Assembly (NCBI GenBank): GCA_963711085.1
Contig: CAVQCT010000003.1
Coordinates: 157,022-221,021, forward strand
DNA from: an uncultured candidate division Zixibacteria bacterium
GTDB taxonomy: Bacteria > Zixibacteria > MSB-5A5 > GN15 > FEB-12
Reading direction: 5' to 3'
Length of the DNA stretch: 64,000 nucleotides
This document shows positions 18,462 through 26,871 of the stretch, in pieces. Position 1 is the first letter of the stretch; every line of letters begins with the position of its first letter. The notes under the pieces are model-generated. The model saw only the letters and a program-made list of their open reading frames with translations. It was not told the DNA's origin and made no database searches. The position numbers were made by a program, and so were the translations under genes.

Positions 18462-20326
18462 TGGGAGATAGCCTTGAATCGCTTAAGGTAGACGGAGAGG
18501 ACAGCCACATCTCCCGGAGTGACCCCTTCGAGTCGGCCAGCCTGGCCGAGTGAATCGGGGCGATAGCGCGAGAACTTTTCCCGAGCTTCAGTCTTAAGTC
18601 CTTTGATCTCATTGAAATCAAACTTCTCCGGGATTCGTTCTTTTTCCATCCGCTTGAACTTATCAATCTCCCGCTGCTGCTTGGCAATATAGCCATGATA
18701 GCGAATATGAATAGCCGCCCGCTCCAGAATCTCCGGATTGGATGAAAATTCGCCGTCAAATCGGGCCAGAATCGGAATTACTTCATTAATAGTGATTCCC
18801 GGCTGCTTGAGCAGTTCCTCAAGGCTGACTTTGTCCCGCTTAAGGAATCGTTCACCAAGCTTACCAAGCTGATCGATCGGAACCCGCTTGCGGCGAAGTA
18901 GCGAGATTTCCTTTTCCGTGTCTTCGCGGAGGCGAGCAAATGAATCAAACTCGTCAGATGTAATGAGATTGTACTTTCGGGCATATTCATGGAGCCGGTC
19001 GCGGGCATTGTCTTCGCGGAGGGCCAGGCGATATTCGGCGCGGGAAGTGAACAATCGATATGGTTCAGTGGTCGAGCGGGTGGTCAGATCATCGATCATC
19101 ACCCCGATATACGCCTCCGATCGATCGAGCACAAAGGCCGGTTCGTTTTCAATCGAGAGGACGGCGTTGATACCGGCCATCAGCCCCTGGCCAGCTGCTT
19201 CCTCATACCCCGAGGTTCCATTGATCTGGCCAGCCAGAAAAAGTCCAGGGAGCCGCCGGGTCTCCAGTGACTGCTTGATCTGATAAGAGGGGCAATAATC
19301 GTATTCGACTGCATAGCCGGGGCGGACCAGCTCTACATTCTCAAGTCCGGTAACAGTTCTAATCGCCTGATACTGAATCTCTTCCGGAAGCGAAGTAGAA
19401 AAGCCGTTAGGGTATATCTCGTTGGTCCCGTTCCCCTCCGGCTCAAGAAAGAGTTGATGGCGCTCCTTGTCAGCAAACCGATAGAATTTATCCTCTATCG
19501 ACGGACAGTACCTGGGTCCTTTGGAGTCGATCTGTCCTGAGAAGATAGGCGATCGGAGGAAATTGGCTGATATGATTTCTTTGGTCCGGTCGGTCGTATA
19601 GGTCAGGTGGCAGGGGATCTGTTCGAATGGAGCCCGGTTGCTTCGGTTGGAAAAGAAAGGGATCGGATCTTCGCCAGGCTGAATTTCGCACTTTGACCAA
19701 TCAACTGTATCGCCGTTCAGCCGCGGCGGCGTCCCGGTCTTGAGCCGGCCGAGTTCAAACCCAAGCTCCCGGAAGGAGTCGGACAGTTTGTAGGCAGCAT
19801 TCTCACCAATCCGACCAGCTTTAATCTTCTTTTCCCCGATATGAATGAGACCGCCAAGAAATGTTCCAGTTGCGATCACCACTGTCCGGGACGAGATCGG
19901 CTCACCTGTCTCTAGTCTTACTCCGGCGGTTTTTCCGTCTGCGACCAGAATCTGCCCGGCCAACCCCTGGATGACATCAACCCTGGGATTCGCTTCGACC
20001 GCCGCGACGACATATTCATTGTATTTGATTCGGTCGGCCTGGGCCCGGGTCGACCAGACAGCCGGACCGCGGGAAAGGTTGAGCCGGCGGAACTGGATCC
20101 CGGTAGCATCGATCGCCTCGGCCATCAGTCCGCCAAGAGCATCGATTTCTTTCACCAAATGAGATTTCCCGATCCCGCCTATCGCCGGATTGCACGACAT
20201 CAGGGCCAGCTTCCGGGCATCCATGGTGACAATCGCGGCCGTCTTGCCCATCCGAGCGACCGCCAGAGCAGCCTCGACTCCGGCATGTCCGCCGCCGATC
20301 ACTATTACATCATAATCGTATGTCAT
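18458..20326 (-). CDS. mnmG: tRNA uridine 5-carboxymethylaminomethyl modification enzyme MnmG (GidA)
   Basis: 622 aa. FAD motif: YDVIVIGGGHAGVEAA. Full-length GidA-like sequence. Confidence 0.96.
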   Translation of the reverse strand: MTYDYDVIVIGGGHAGVEAALAVARMGKTAAIVTMDARKLALMSCNPAIGGIGKSHLVKEIDALGGLMAEAIDATGIQFRRLNLSRGPAVWSTRAQADRIKYNEYVVAAVEANPRVDVIQGLAGQILVADGKTAGVRLETGEPISSRTVVIATGTFLGGLIHIGEKKIKAGRIGENAAYKLSDSFRELGFELGRLKTGTPPRLNGDTVDWSKCEIQPGEDPIPFFSNRSNRAPFEQIPCHLTYTTDRTKEIISANFLRSPIFSGQIDSKGPRYCPSIEDKFYRFADKERHQLFLEPEGNGTNEIYPNGFSTSLPEEIQYQAIRTVTGLENVELVRPGYAVEYDYCPSYQIKQSLETRRLPGLFLAGQINGTSGYEEAAGQGLMAGINAVLSIENEPAFVLDRSEAYIGVMIDDLTTRSTTEPYRLFTSRAEYRLALREDNARDRLHEYARKYNLITSDEFDSFARLREDTEKEISLLRRKRVPIDQLGKLGERFLKRDKVSLEELLKQPGITINEVIPILARFDGEFSSNPEILERAAIHIRYHGYIAKQQREIDKFKRMEKERIPEKFDFNEIKGLKTEAREKFSRYRPDSLGQAGRLEGVTPGDVAVLSVYLKRFKAISQ

Positions 20327-20460
20327 TTATAGCAGTAAGTCTTTTTCTCATGATTTCACGGGTCACGAAATGGCAATCTAGCCCATTCCGACCGACAACT
20401 CAACAGCAATTATACGATTTGGAGAGGAATCTTGGATAAGTTAGTTAGGGGAGGACGCGA

Positions 20461-20476
20461 TGTTTCACGTGGAACC
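20461..20476. other. parS centromere-like site (mnmE-mnmG intergenic)
   Basis: TGTTTCACGTGGAACC. Read on the other strand it is GGTTCCACGTGAAACA, 15 of 16 matches to TGTTNCACGTGAAACA. Confidence 0.8.
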
Positions 20477-20485
20477 TCGGCCGGC

Positions 20486-21868
20486 TCACTTTCCGATGCA
20501 GAACTTTGAGAATATCCTACCGAGAATATCTTCATTGTAGACTTTACCGGTGATTTCATCAATACAACCTACCGCCTGCCTCAAATCAAAAGCGGTCAGC
20601 TCGGGAGTTTCTCCCTGGTCGATTTTCTTACGGGCCGATCGAAGGTGCTTGAGGGACTCGGTCAGCTTCTGGTGATGCCGGGCCGAGGTGACGATGATCC
20701 CCGAAGTAAGGTCAGGCATCCCCACATTAATATAGTGCGCGAGGCGAGCCTTCAGTTCATCTATTCCGACTCCCGTCTTGCAGGAGATCGTTACAACATC
20801 ATACCCCTCAGGAAAGTTCCTCGCGGCCGACTTCTTTAGACAATCTAATTTGTTGCCTAGCAATATGATATGGTTATCCTTCAGGTCTCCGATATCAATC
20901 GCAAGCTCCTTATCCCAGTTCTTCCGGGTGAGATCAACCATCCAGACGATAAAATCAGCCCCCTCCATGATCTTCCGGGCTGATTTCTGACCTTCTTTTT
21001 CGATTCGTCCCGATGTCTGCCGCAAGCCTGCCGTATCGACCAGATTGACTTTGAATCCTTCGAGATCGATCCATTCCGACAGATAGTCGCGGGTGGTCCC
21101 GGCCGTCGGAGTCACCAGGGCTCGTTCCTGTCTCAAAAGCAAATTGAAGAGGGAGGACTTGCCGGCGTTGGGACGACCACTGATGACAATCCGAAATCCT
21201 TCGTTGATAATCCGGCCGCTACGGTAACTGTCGGCCAGGCTCTTAACTTCGTCGGCAACTATTGTTATCTTATTTACCAACTTACCCTTATCAGCTGGAT
21301 CAAGCTCTTCTTCGGGATAATCAATCGAAGCTTCGACTTCGGCAATTAGATCTATCATATTATCCCGCATATTCTTAACATGCGAATGATAGGCACCGAG
21401 CAGGTGGTTGCGGGCAGTTGAATAGGAACTCTCAGTGTTGGCGGCGATGATCTCCGCCACCGCTTCCGCTCGGGTCAGATCGATCCGCCCGGCCAGAAAA
21501 GCCAGCTTGGTGAATTCTCCCGGCTCGGCAATGCGAGCTGAATCTGCTACGATAATTTCCTGAATTCTTCGGACGACCTGGCGGCCGCCGTGGCAGTATA
21601 TTTCCGCCTGCTCCCTGCCGGTGTAAGATTGGTTCTCCGGCATGTACACGGCCATCACTTCGTCGACAACTTCGCCATTTCTGTCCACGAACAATCCATA
21701 GTGCATGTGAAACGGTTGGAAGTCGACGTGGTCCTGGAATTTCGGGCGGAAGTGATCGGTCAGGATTTTGCGGCTGCGGGGACCGGCGATCCGGAGCGCC
21801 GCGATCCCTCCTTCGCCGGGGGGCGTGATCACGGCGACGATGGTATCAGTATTTTCTACCGGTTGCAT
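20486..21868 (-). CDS. mnmE: tRNA modification GTPase MnmE (TrmE)
   Basis: The track ORF is 20486..21907 with a GTG start overlapping the yidC stop. The ATG at 21868 gives MQPVENTDTIVAVITPPGEGGIAALRIAG, the usual MnmE N-terminus. G domain: GRPNAGKSSLFN. C-terminal FCIGK motif. The start is uncertain by up to 39 nt. Confidence 0.93.
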   Translation of the reverse strand: MQPVENTDTIVAVITPPGEGGIAALRIAGPRSRKILTDHFRPKFQDHVDFQPFHMHYGLFVDRNGEVVDEVMAVYMPENQSYTGREQAEIYCHGGRQVVRRIQEIIVADSARIAEPGEFTKLAFLAGRIDLTRAEAVAEIIAANTESSYSTARNHLLGAYHSHVKNMRDNMIDLIAEVEASIDYPEEELDPADKGKLVNKITIVADEVKSLADSYRSGRIINEGFRIVISGRPNAGKSSLFNLLLRQERALVTPTAGTTRDYLSEWIDLEGFKVNLVDTAGLRQTSGRIEKEGQKSARKIMEGADFIVWMVDLTRKNWDKELAIDIGDLKDNHIILLGNKLDCLKKSAARNFPEGYDVVTISCKTGVGIDELKARLAHYINVGMPDLTSGIIVTSARHHQKLTESLKHLRSARKKIDQGETPELTAFDLRQAVGCIDEITGKVYNEDILGRIFSKFCIGK

Positions 21869-21906
21869 TCTTTTTTTTTTCACGGTCATCGTGAGAGTGC
21901 ACTCCA

Positions 21907-23640
21907 CTATGCAGTCTTCACTTCAGGATTCTTGATCGCTTTGCGCTTGAACGCAACATAATCGAGGAGCGAGAAGAAGGCGAAGCAGGTCCAGTACAGA
22001 ACGAGTCCGGCTGAAAAACTGCGGAAGAGAAAGCCCATAAAGAGCGGCATAATATATCCCATCATCTTGTTCTGTTGGGTCGACGCCATCGTCAGCTTTT
22101 GCGAAAGGAACTGACCGATAATCATGATGACGACAAGAATCATATAGGGATCCGTTAGGCTGGTCGCCCCGCGCGAGAGATCGGTGATGAACCAGACGAA
22201 ATTAGCATTCCTGAGTAGAATAGTCGAACGGAAGACGGAGAAGAGGGCGAAGAACAAAGGCATCTGAGGAAGCATCGGGAGACAGCCCGATATCGGATTC
22301 ACCCCGTGCGTTTTGTACAGACGCATCATCTCCTGGTTCATCGCCTGCGGATTGTTCTTATGTTTCTTCTTCAGCTCTTCGATTTTCGGCTGAAGTTCCT
22401 TCATCGCATTCATCGACCTGAACGACTTCATCGAGAGCGGCATCGTGATGATCTTTATGAGAAGCGCGAAGATGATAATCACCAGGCCGTAATTCGGAAT
22501 GACCTGGTACATACGCGGAAGCAGCCACATGATGCCGATGGCGAACGGTTTGAGGATCCAGCCGACAAACGGTGTGGTGCCGATCCCGAGAATATCCTGG
22601 AGGCCGATATGGTAGCTGGTCATCAGATTGTAGTCGAGCGGACCGACAAAGACACTGAAGGTGTCGGCGAACTGATTCACCACGGCGAAGGGCATCTCGA
22701 CACCGGCCGTGATCAGTTTCTGTTCGATCGATTTATCGTCGACGGTGATCTTGTCTTTACTGCCGCGCGCGATAACGGCGTCAGCCTCGCGATTACGCGG
22801 AATGATCACCGCTGCGAAATATTTCGAGCGTACCCCCGCCCACGAGCTGTTCCCGGAGAGAACCTGGCTGAGTTTGTTGTCCTTGAAATCATTCAGTGTT
22901 TCGCGGCTCCCTGCCTGCATTGCCACTGCTTCCATCGCCTGGTAGTCGGTCTCCGGCTGCGGTTCGGTGACCCCGAGTGGAGTGTTCCACATAAGGTCAT
23001 ACTGGCGTTCGAAGCCGAGCTTCTCCCGGTCCTTCACTTCGAGTACGAAATCATAGTTGTAGCGATTCGGATAGAACCGATAATGCTTGATGATCTGGCC
23101 GCCATCTTTGGAAACATACGTATAAGACAGGTCCAGCGTATCCCGGGTAGCATCGTACTTCCCCGGTTGAAGGCTGCACTGATAATTGACCCGGCTTGCC
23201 GAGAACGACCCGCCGGCAAACGAAGCTTCGGGGGTGGCCGACTCGGCCGCGGGAAGCATCTGGATTTCTCCGCCATCACGATAGAAGTAATTTCTGAGCT
23301 GGAGTGAGACCGGCCCACCGCCGAACGACGTCAAAACAACCGAATACTGCTTGGTATTGACGACCACCGTATCATAGGTCATCGCTCCGGAAGTCTGCAG
23401 ACTTTCCGGCCGGGGTGTTTCTTGCGCCTCAGCCGCTGGGGAATTGCTCGTGTCCGCAACTTTGAATGTGTCTACCGAGGCCCGCTGAGTTTCCCGGCCA
23501 AGGGAGTCAAGAGCGATATCTCCCTTGCCAGCCGGCTTAGTCGGATTCGGCTTGTACAGGCCGAAAAATTCCATGATGGGGAAATAGAAGATGAGCAGAA
23601 GAGCGAGAAGAGCGACGGGTATTATAGTTTTCTTATCCAA
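21907..23640 (-). CDS. yidC: Membrane protein insertase YidC
   Basis: 577 aa. N-terminal TM helix, large periplasmic domain, and a C-terminal 5-TM core (NYGLVIIIFALLIKIITMPLS...GCLPMLPQMPLFFALF). Confidence 0.95.
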   Translation of the reverse strand: MDKKTIIPVALLALLLIFYFPIMEFFGLYKPNPTKPAGKGDIALDSLGRETQRASVDTFKVADTSNSPAAEAQETPRPESLQTSGAMTYDTVVVNTKQYSVVLTSFGGGPVSLQLRNYFYRDGGEIQMLPAAESATPEASFAGGSFSASRVNYQCSLQPGKYDATRDTLDLSYTYVSKDGGQIIKHYRFYPNRYNYDFVLEVKDREKLGFERQYDLMWNTPLGVTEPQPETDYQAMEAVAMQAGSRETLNDFKDNKLSQVLSGNSSWAGVRSKYFAAVIIPRNREADAVIARGSKDKITVDDKSIEQKLITAGVEMPFAVVNQFADTFSVFVGPLDYNLMTSYHIGLQDILGIGTTPFVGWILKPFAIGIMWLLPRMYQVIPNYGLVIIIFALLIKIITMPLSMKSFRSMNAMKELQPKIEELKKKHKNNPQAMNQEMMRLYKTHGVNPISGCLPMLPQMPLFFALFSVFRSTILLRNANFVWFITDLSRGATSLTDPYMILVVIMIIGQFLSQKLTMASTQQNKMMGYIMPLFMGFLFRSFSAGLVLYWTCFAFFSLLDYVAFKRKAIKNPEVKTA

Positions 23641-23692
23641 ATCAACTTCCCTGTAGTTTGTCCAATAGTCTTATTACTGTACCGGCGCCGAA

Positions 23693-23962
23693 TTATTCGA
23701 CCGGGTCATAGCCGCCTTCGTGCCAGGGGTGGCATTTCAAAATCCGTTTGACCGCCATGAGGCTCCCCCGGAAGGCGCCGTATTTCTTGAGGGCATCCTC
23801 GGCATAATGAGAGCAGGTCGGATCGAACCGACACTGATTGCCGATTATCGGCGATAACGTATAGCGATACAAATAGATAACAATTATGAGCGGATAGGCG
23901 AGATAGTGCGACAGGTTATGTCGTGGGACGGATGCGGTCGAATATTCCACGGATTTCAGCAT
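23693..23962 (-). CDS. yidD: Membrane protein insertion efficiency factor YidD
   Basis: 89 aa. Signature: YRYTLSPIIGNQCRFDPTCSHYAEDALKKYGAFRGSLMAVKRILKCHPWHEGGYDPV. Overlaps the rnpA 3' end. Confidence 0.9.
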   Translation of the reverse strand: MLKSVEYSTASVPRHNLSHYLAYPLIIVIYLYRYTLSPIIGNQCRFDPTCSHYAEDALKKYGAFRGSLMAVKRILKCHPWHEGGYDPVE

Positions 23963-24263
23963 CTATATTCTTAAATTCAGGCTCGCTCTTCTTCTTTCTG
24001 GGCAGAACAGCGATCCTTACTCCGGTCGGTAATTCCATCCGGTTCAGCCGTACAGCTTCGCGGATCAGCCGCTTCATCCGGTTTCTTTGTGATGCTGTGC
24101 CGTATCGGCGTGATACCAGCACACCGAACTTGAACTGCTCACCTTTATCCCAGACAACGGTCATCAACTCCCCTGATATACGGTTGCCGGAGTCCAGCAG
24201 TTCACCGATTTCTCGGGCGCTTTTCAGGCTCAATGATCGGGGGAGTCTATTTCTTACGGGCAA
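23916..24263 (-). CDS. rnpA: Ribonuclease P protein component RnpA
   Basis: 115 aa. Basic protein directly downstream of rpmH, with an RNR-type motif region ([20 protein letters not shown]). Confidence 0.9.
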   Translation of the reverse strand: MPVRNRLPRSLSLKSAREIGELLDSGNRISGELMTVVWDKGEQFKFGVLVSRRYGTASQRNRMKRLIREAVRLNRMELPTGVRIAVLPRKKKSEPEFKNIDAEIRGIFDRIRPTT

Positions 24264-24399
24264 CTTTGACGGTCAGTCTTTTTCTGCCTTTGGCGCGACG
24301 GCGGGCCAGCACCTTACGACCACCCTTGGTAGCCATCCGGGCACGGAAGCCGTGGTCGTTAAGCATCTTTTCGTTCGACGGTTGAAACGGTCTTTTCAT
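24247..24399 (-). CDS. rpmH: 50S ribosomal protein L34
   Basis: Below the 60-aa cutoff of the ORF track. My hand translation of the minus strand from ATG 24399 to TAG 24247 gives [50 protein letters not shown] (50 aa), an unmistakable L34. Confidence 0.95.
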   Translation of the reverse strand: MKRPFQPSNEKMLNDHGFRARMATKGGRKVLARRRAKGRKRLTVKVARKK

Positions 24400-24553
24400 A
24401 GTCGGTAAACCCTTAGTTTAAGCGAAGCAATATAACCGATTAATGTGACTCGTCAAGACATTAATTCCGGGACTGAGGCAGCCCTGCACGCCGGGAACGT
24501 CAATCGCCTGCTTGCGGTTACAGACTGTCGTGCCCTCGCTGTCAGAGGCCGGT

Positions 24554-24582
24554 TTGACAAAAACGCAAAACTGGGTTATACT
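24554..24582 (+). promoter_or_regulatory. Consensus sigma-70-type promoter of greA
   Basis: TTGACA (24554-24559), a 17-nt spacer, then TATACT (24577-24582). The greA ATG at 24594 lies only 12 nt after the -10 hexamer, and there is no Shine-Dalgarno sequence. Confidence 0.6.
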
Positions 24583-24593
24583 ACTCCCTGATT

Positions 24594-25070
24594 ATGAGTG
24601 AACCGCTGTATGTATCCAAAGAAGGCCTTCAGAAACTGGAGGCCGAGCTTAAACGGCTCAAATTCGAAGAACGGCCGAAAATCGTCAGCGAAATCAAGCG
24701 CGCCCGTGAACTGGGTGACCTGTCCGAAAACGCTGAATACCACGCCGCCAAAGAAGCCCAAAAACACATCGAGAACAAAATCGTCCAGCTTCAGGACAAG
24801 CTCTCCCGGGTTCAGATAGTCGATGCCGATCAGATTCCGAGCGATAAGGTCTACCTATTTGCCAAAGTCCTGGTGAAAGACCATCGCAACGGCGAAGAAA
24901 TCCTATATACGATCGCGCCGCCCGACGAAGTGGATGTCGACAACGATGTCATTTCCGTGAAGTCGCCGATCGGTGCTGGATTGCTGGGTAAGGGAATCGG
25001 AGAGGTAGTGGAGATAAGGGTACCGGCAGGTCTGCTCAAGTACGAGATTCTGAATATCACACGAGACTGA
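24594..25070 (+). CDS. greA: Transcription elongation factor GreA
   Basis: 158 aa. N-terminal coiled coil (LYVSKEGLQKLEAELKRLKFEERPKIVSEIKRARELGDLSENAEYHAAKE) plus the C-terminal globular domain. Confidence 0.95.
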   Translation: MSEPLYVSKEGLQKLEAELKRLKFEERPKIVSEIKRARELGDLSENAEYHAAKEAQKHIENKIVQLQDKLSRVQIVDADQIPSDKVYLFAKVLVKDHRNGEEILYTIAPPDEVDVDNDVISVKSPIGAGLLGKGIGEVVEIRVPAGLLKYEILNITRD

Positions 25071-25102
25071 GTAAGCTATAGCTGGGAGTGCCTGGAGTCA
25101 GG

Positions 25103-25348
25103 CTATTCTTCGTATTCGCCGAACAGATCCTCCGACATGTCATTCTCTTCGAAATATCCTTCCTCTTCCGCCTCATTGTAGCCGGCGGCGAGGTTGGCAC
25201 ACTCAAGCGAGCAGTAATACTCTTCCCCCTGGATCACAGGGTCGCTTTCAATCTTCTCGTTGCATTGCGCACAATACATCGGTGCCATACTCCCTTTATT
25301 AGTGTCACGCCCTTCGGCGCTTTTGGATGTCTTACGTTTACGTTCCAC
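25103..25348 (-). CDS. Small CxxC...CxxxC zinc-ribbon (TRASH-like) protein with acidic tail
   Basis: 81 aa from a GTG start. An alternative ATG at 25288 follows AAGGGAG and gives a shorter protein. Cysteine pattern: YCAQCNEKIESDPVIQGEEYYCSLEC (C-x2-C-x16-C-x3-C). The C-terminus is strongly acidic (EAEEEGYFEENDMSEDLFGEYEE). Function unknown. Confidence 0.6.
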   Translation of the reverse strand: MERKRKTSKSAEGRDTNKGSMAPMYCAQCNEKIESDPVIQGEEYYCSLECANLAAGYNEAEEEGYFEENDMSEDLFGEYEE

Positions 25349-25464
25349 GATTATCGGTCAAGCGCTCGTAATCTTAAACGCTCAAAATCTATGTGTCAAT
25401 ACATTTCTGGAATCATTTTGGTTCCAGCTTTCAGGCGGGAAATCAGGGTATCGTTACCATTGAA

Positions 25465-26866
25465 TCAGGCGGCCGTATCGGTCGACTGCGCGGGCCGCTC
25501 TCGACGCGAGAAGGCGAAGTAAAATACCAGCGAGAGGACCAGCCCGGGGAAGATCGGCTGAATACCGAGCCAGTAACCCCCATCGACGGTCAGGTGCTTG
25601 CTCAGATACCAGAGCAGCGCTATACCGCCGCTGCTGACAATCGTCGCCAGGGCTATCGACGATGGAAGTCGGCGTTTTCCCACGAACGAGAAAAATACCG
25701 GCACGAGCAGAGCCGGAGTACCGATCGTCCCGAACAGGTACCAGATCTGGACGATCGAGCGGAATTTCAGGACCAGCAGAACGGCCACCGCCGTCGTGAC
25801 GACCAGACCGATCCGGGTATACCGCGTGACTTTCTCCTCGGGAATGGGATACAGCCGCATGACGATATCCCGGCTGAAGGTGGAAGCAGCGATAAAGGCA
25901 TACGAGTCGATTGTAGACATGACGGTGGCCAGGAGGGCCAGGGCGAACAGTCCGAGCAGGCCGGTCGGCAGCACTTTCATAGCGAGGGCAGGATATGAGC
26001 CGACCGGGTTGGCAAGATCGGGAAGGATCGCTCGGGCGTACAGGCCGCAGAAAGTGGTCATGAAATCAAAGAGAGCCCAGAATGCTATCGAGATGAAGAT
26101 TCCGTTCCGGGCCACTTTGATATCTTTCGCGGCATAACATCGCTGGTAAAAGGCCGGCTCGATCAATGTGGCCAGGGCGATGAAATACCAGGAGATGATG
26201 TACCATTTCGAATTCCCGCCGTTCCAGGTGAACAGATCGGACGGAACATGGTCAATCAGATACGAAATTCCGCCATATTTCCGATACGAGCAGAATGAGC
26301 AGGACGGCAAACCCGAGAAACATCAGCACGAACTGGAAGAGATCGGTCCGCACGACCGACTTGAATCCACCGGTGTAGACGTATACGACTGAAAAGAGTG
26401 TGCCGGCCAGAATCCCCTGCCAGAACTGCCAACCGAAGAGATACTGGGCGAGTGTGCCGATCCCGAGGATGTAGGCGGCCGGGACGGTCATGAAATAGAT
26501 AATGACCGATCCGGCGAGAGCGGTCTTGTTGCCGTAGGCCTTGGCGAGCTGATCCGGAATAGTCATGAGCTGCGACTCGCGCGCTTTTTTTGCCAGATAG
26601 AGCGCAAAAAGAAAAGCTGCCAGATAGTATGGCAGCCCGAAAACAAGCCAGTTGGACAGACCGAATCGATAACTATACTCACCAACACCGAGAATGCCGC
26701 CGTACCAGGTTGACACAAGCGAGGCTACAAATCCGGGCATCGTGAGCAGGCGGCCGCCGAGAATCAACTCAGCCGCCGATTCGTCTTTTCGCGAACTCTT
26801 GATCAGTCCCAGAACAAGCAGGACGACCAAATAGACAATTACCAGACTGTAGTCAATCCAGTGCAT
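25465..26866 (-). pseudogene. Sodium:solute symporter (SSF) family transporter interrupted by a +1 frameshift
   Basis: Track ORFs 26252..26866 (204 aa, N-terminal SSF half) and 25465..26310 (281 aa, C-terminal half) overlap in different frames. Removing one C/G at 26281-26282 joins ...FAVLLILLVS to KYGGISYLIDHVP... The result is one 1401-nt ORF (466 aa). This could be a real pseudogene or a sequencing error. Confidence 0.7.
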
Positions 26867-26871
26867 TCAGT

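Noticed and set aside
22306-23307. 333-aa plus-strand ORF antisense to yidC
   Set aside because: It lies entirely within and opposite a confidently identified gene. The translation is Arg/His/Asp-rich and low in complexity, with no recognisable motif, which is typical of a shadow ORF in a GC-rich coding region.
24400-24593. The rpmH-greA divergent gap, considered as the replication origin (the classical position upstream of rpmH, with a strand switch here)
   Set aside because: I found no sequence within two mismatches of TTATCCACA in either orientation, and there is no dnaA gene next to it. The only features are a 7-bp-arm inverted repeat (TTAATGT-N11-ACATTAA at 24440-24464) and the greA promoter.
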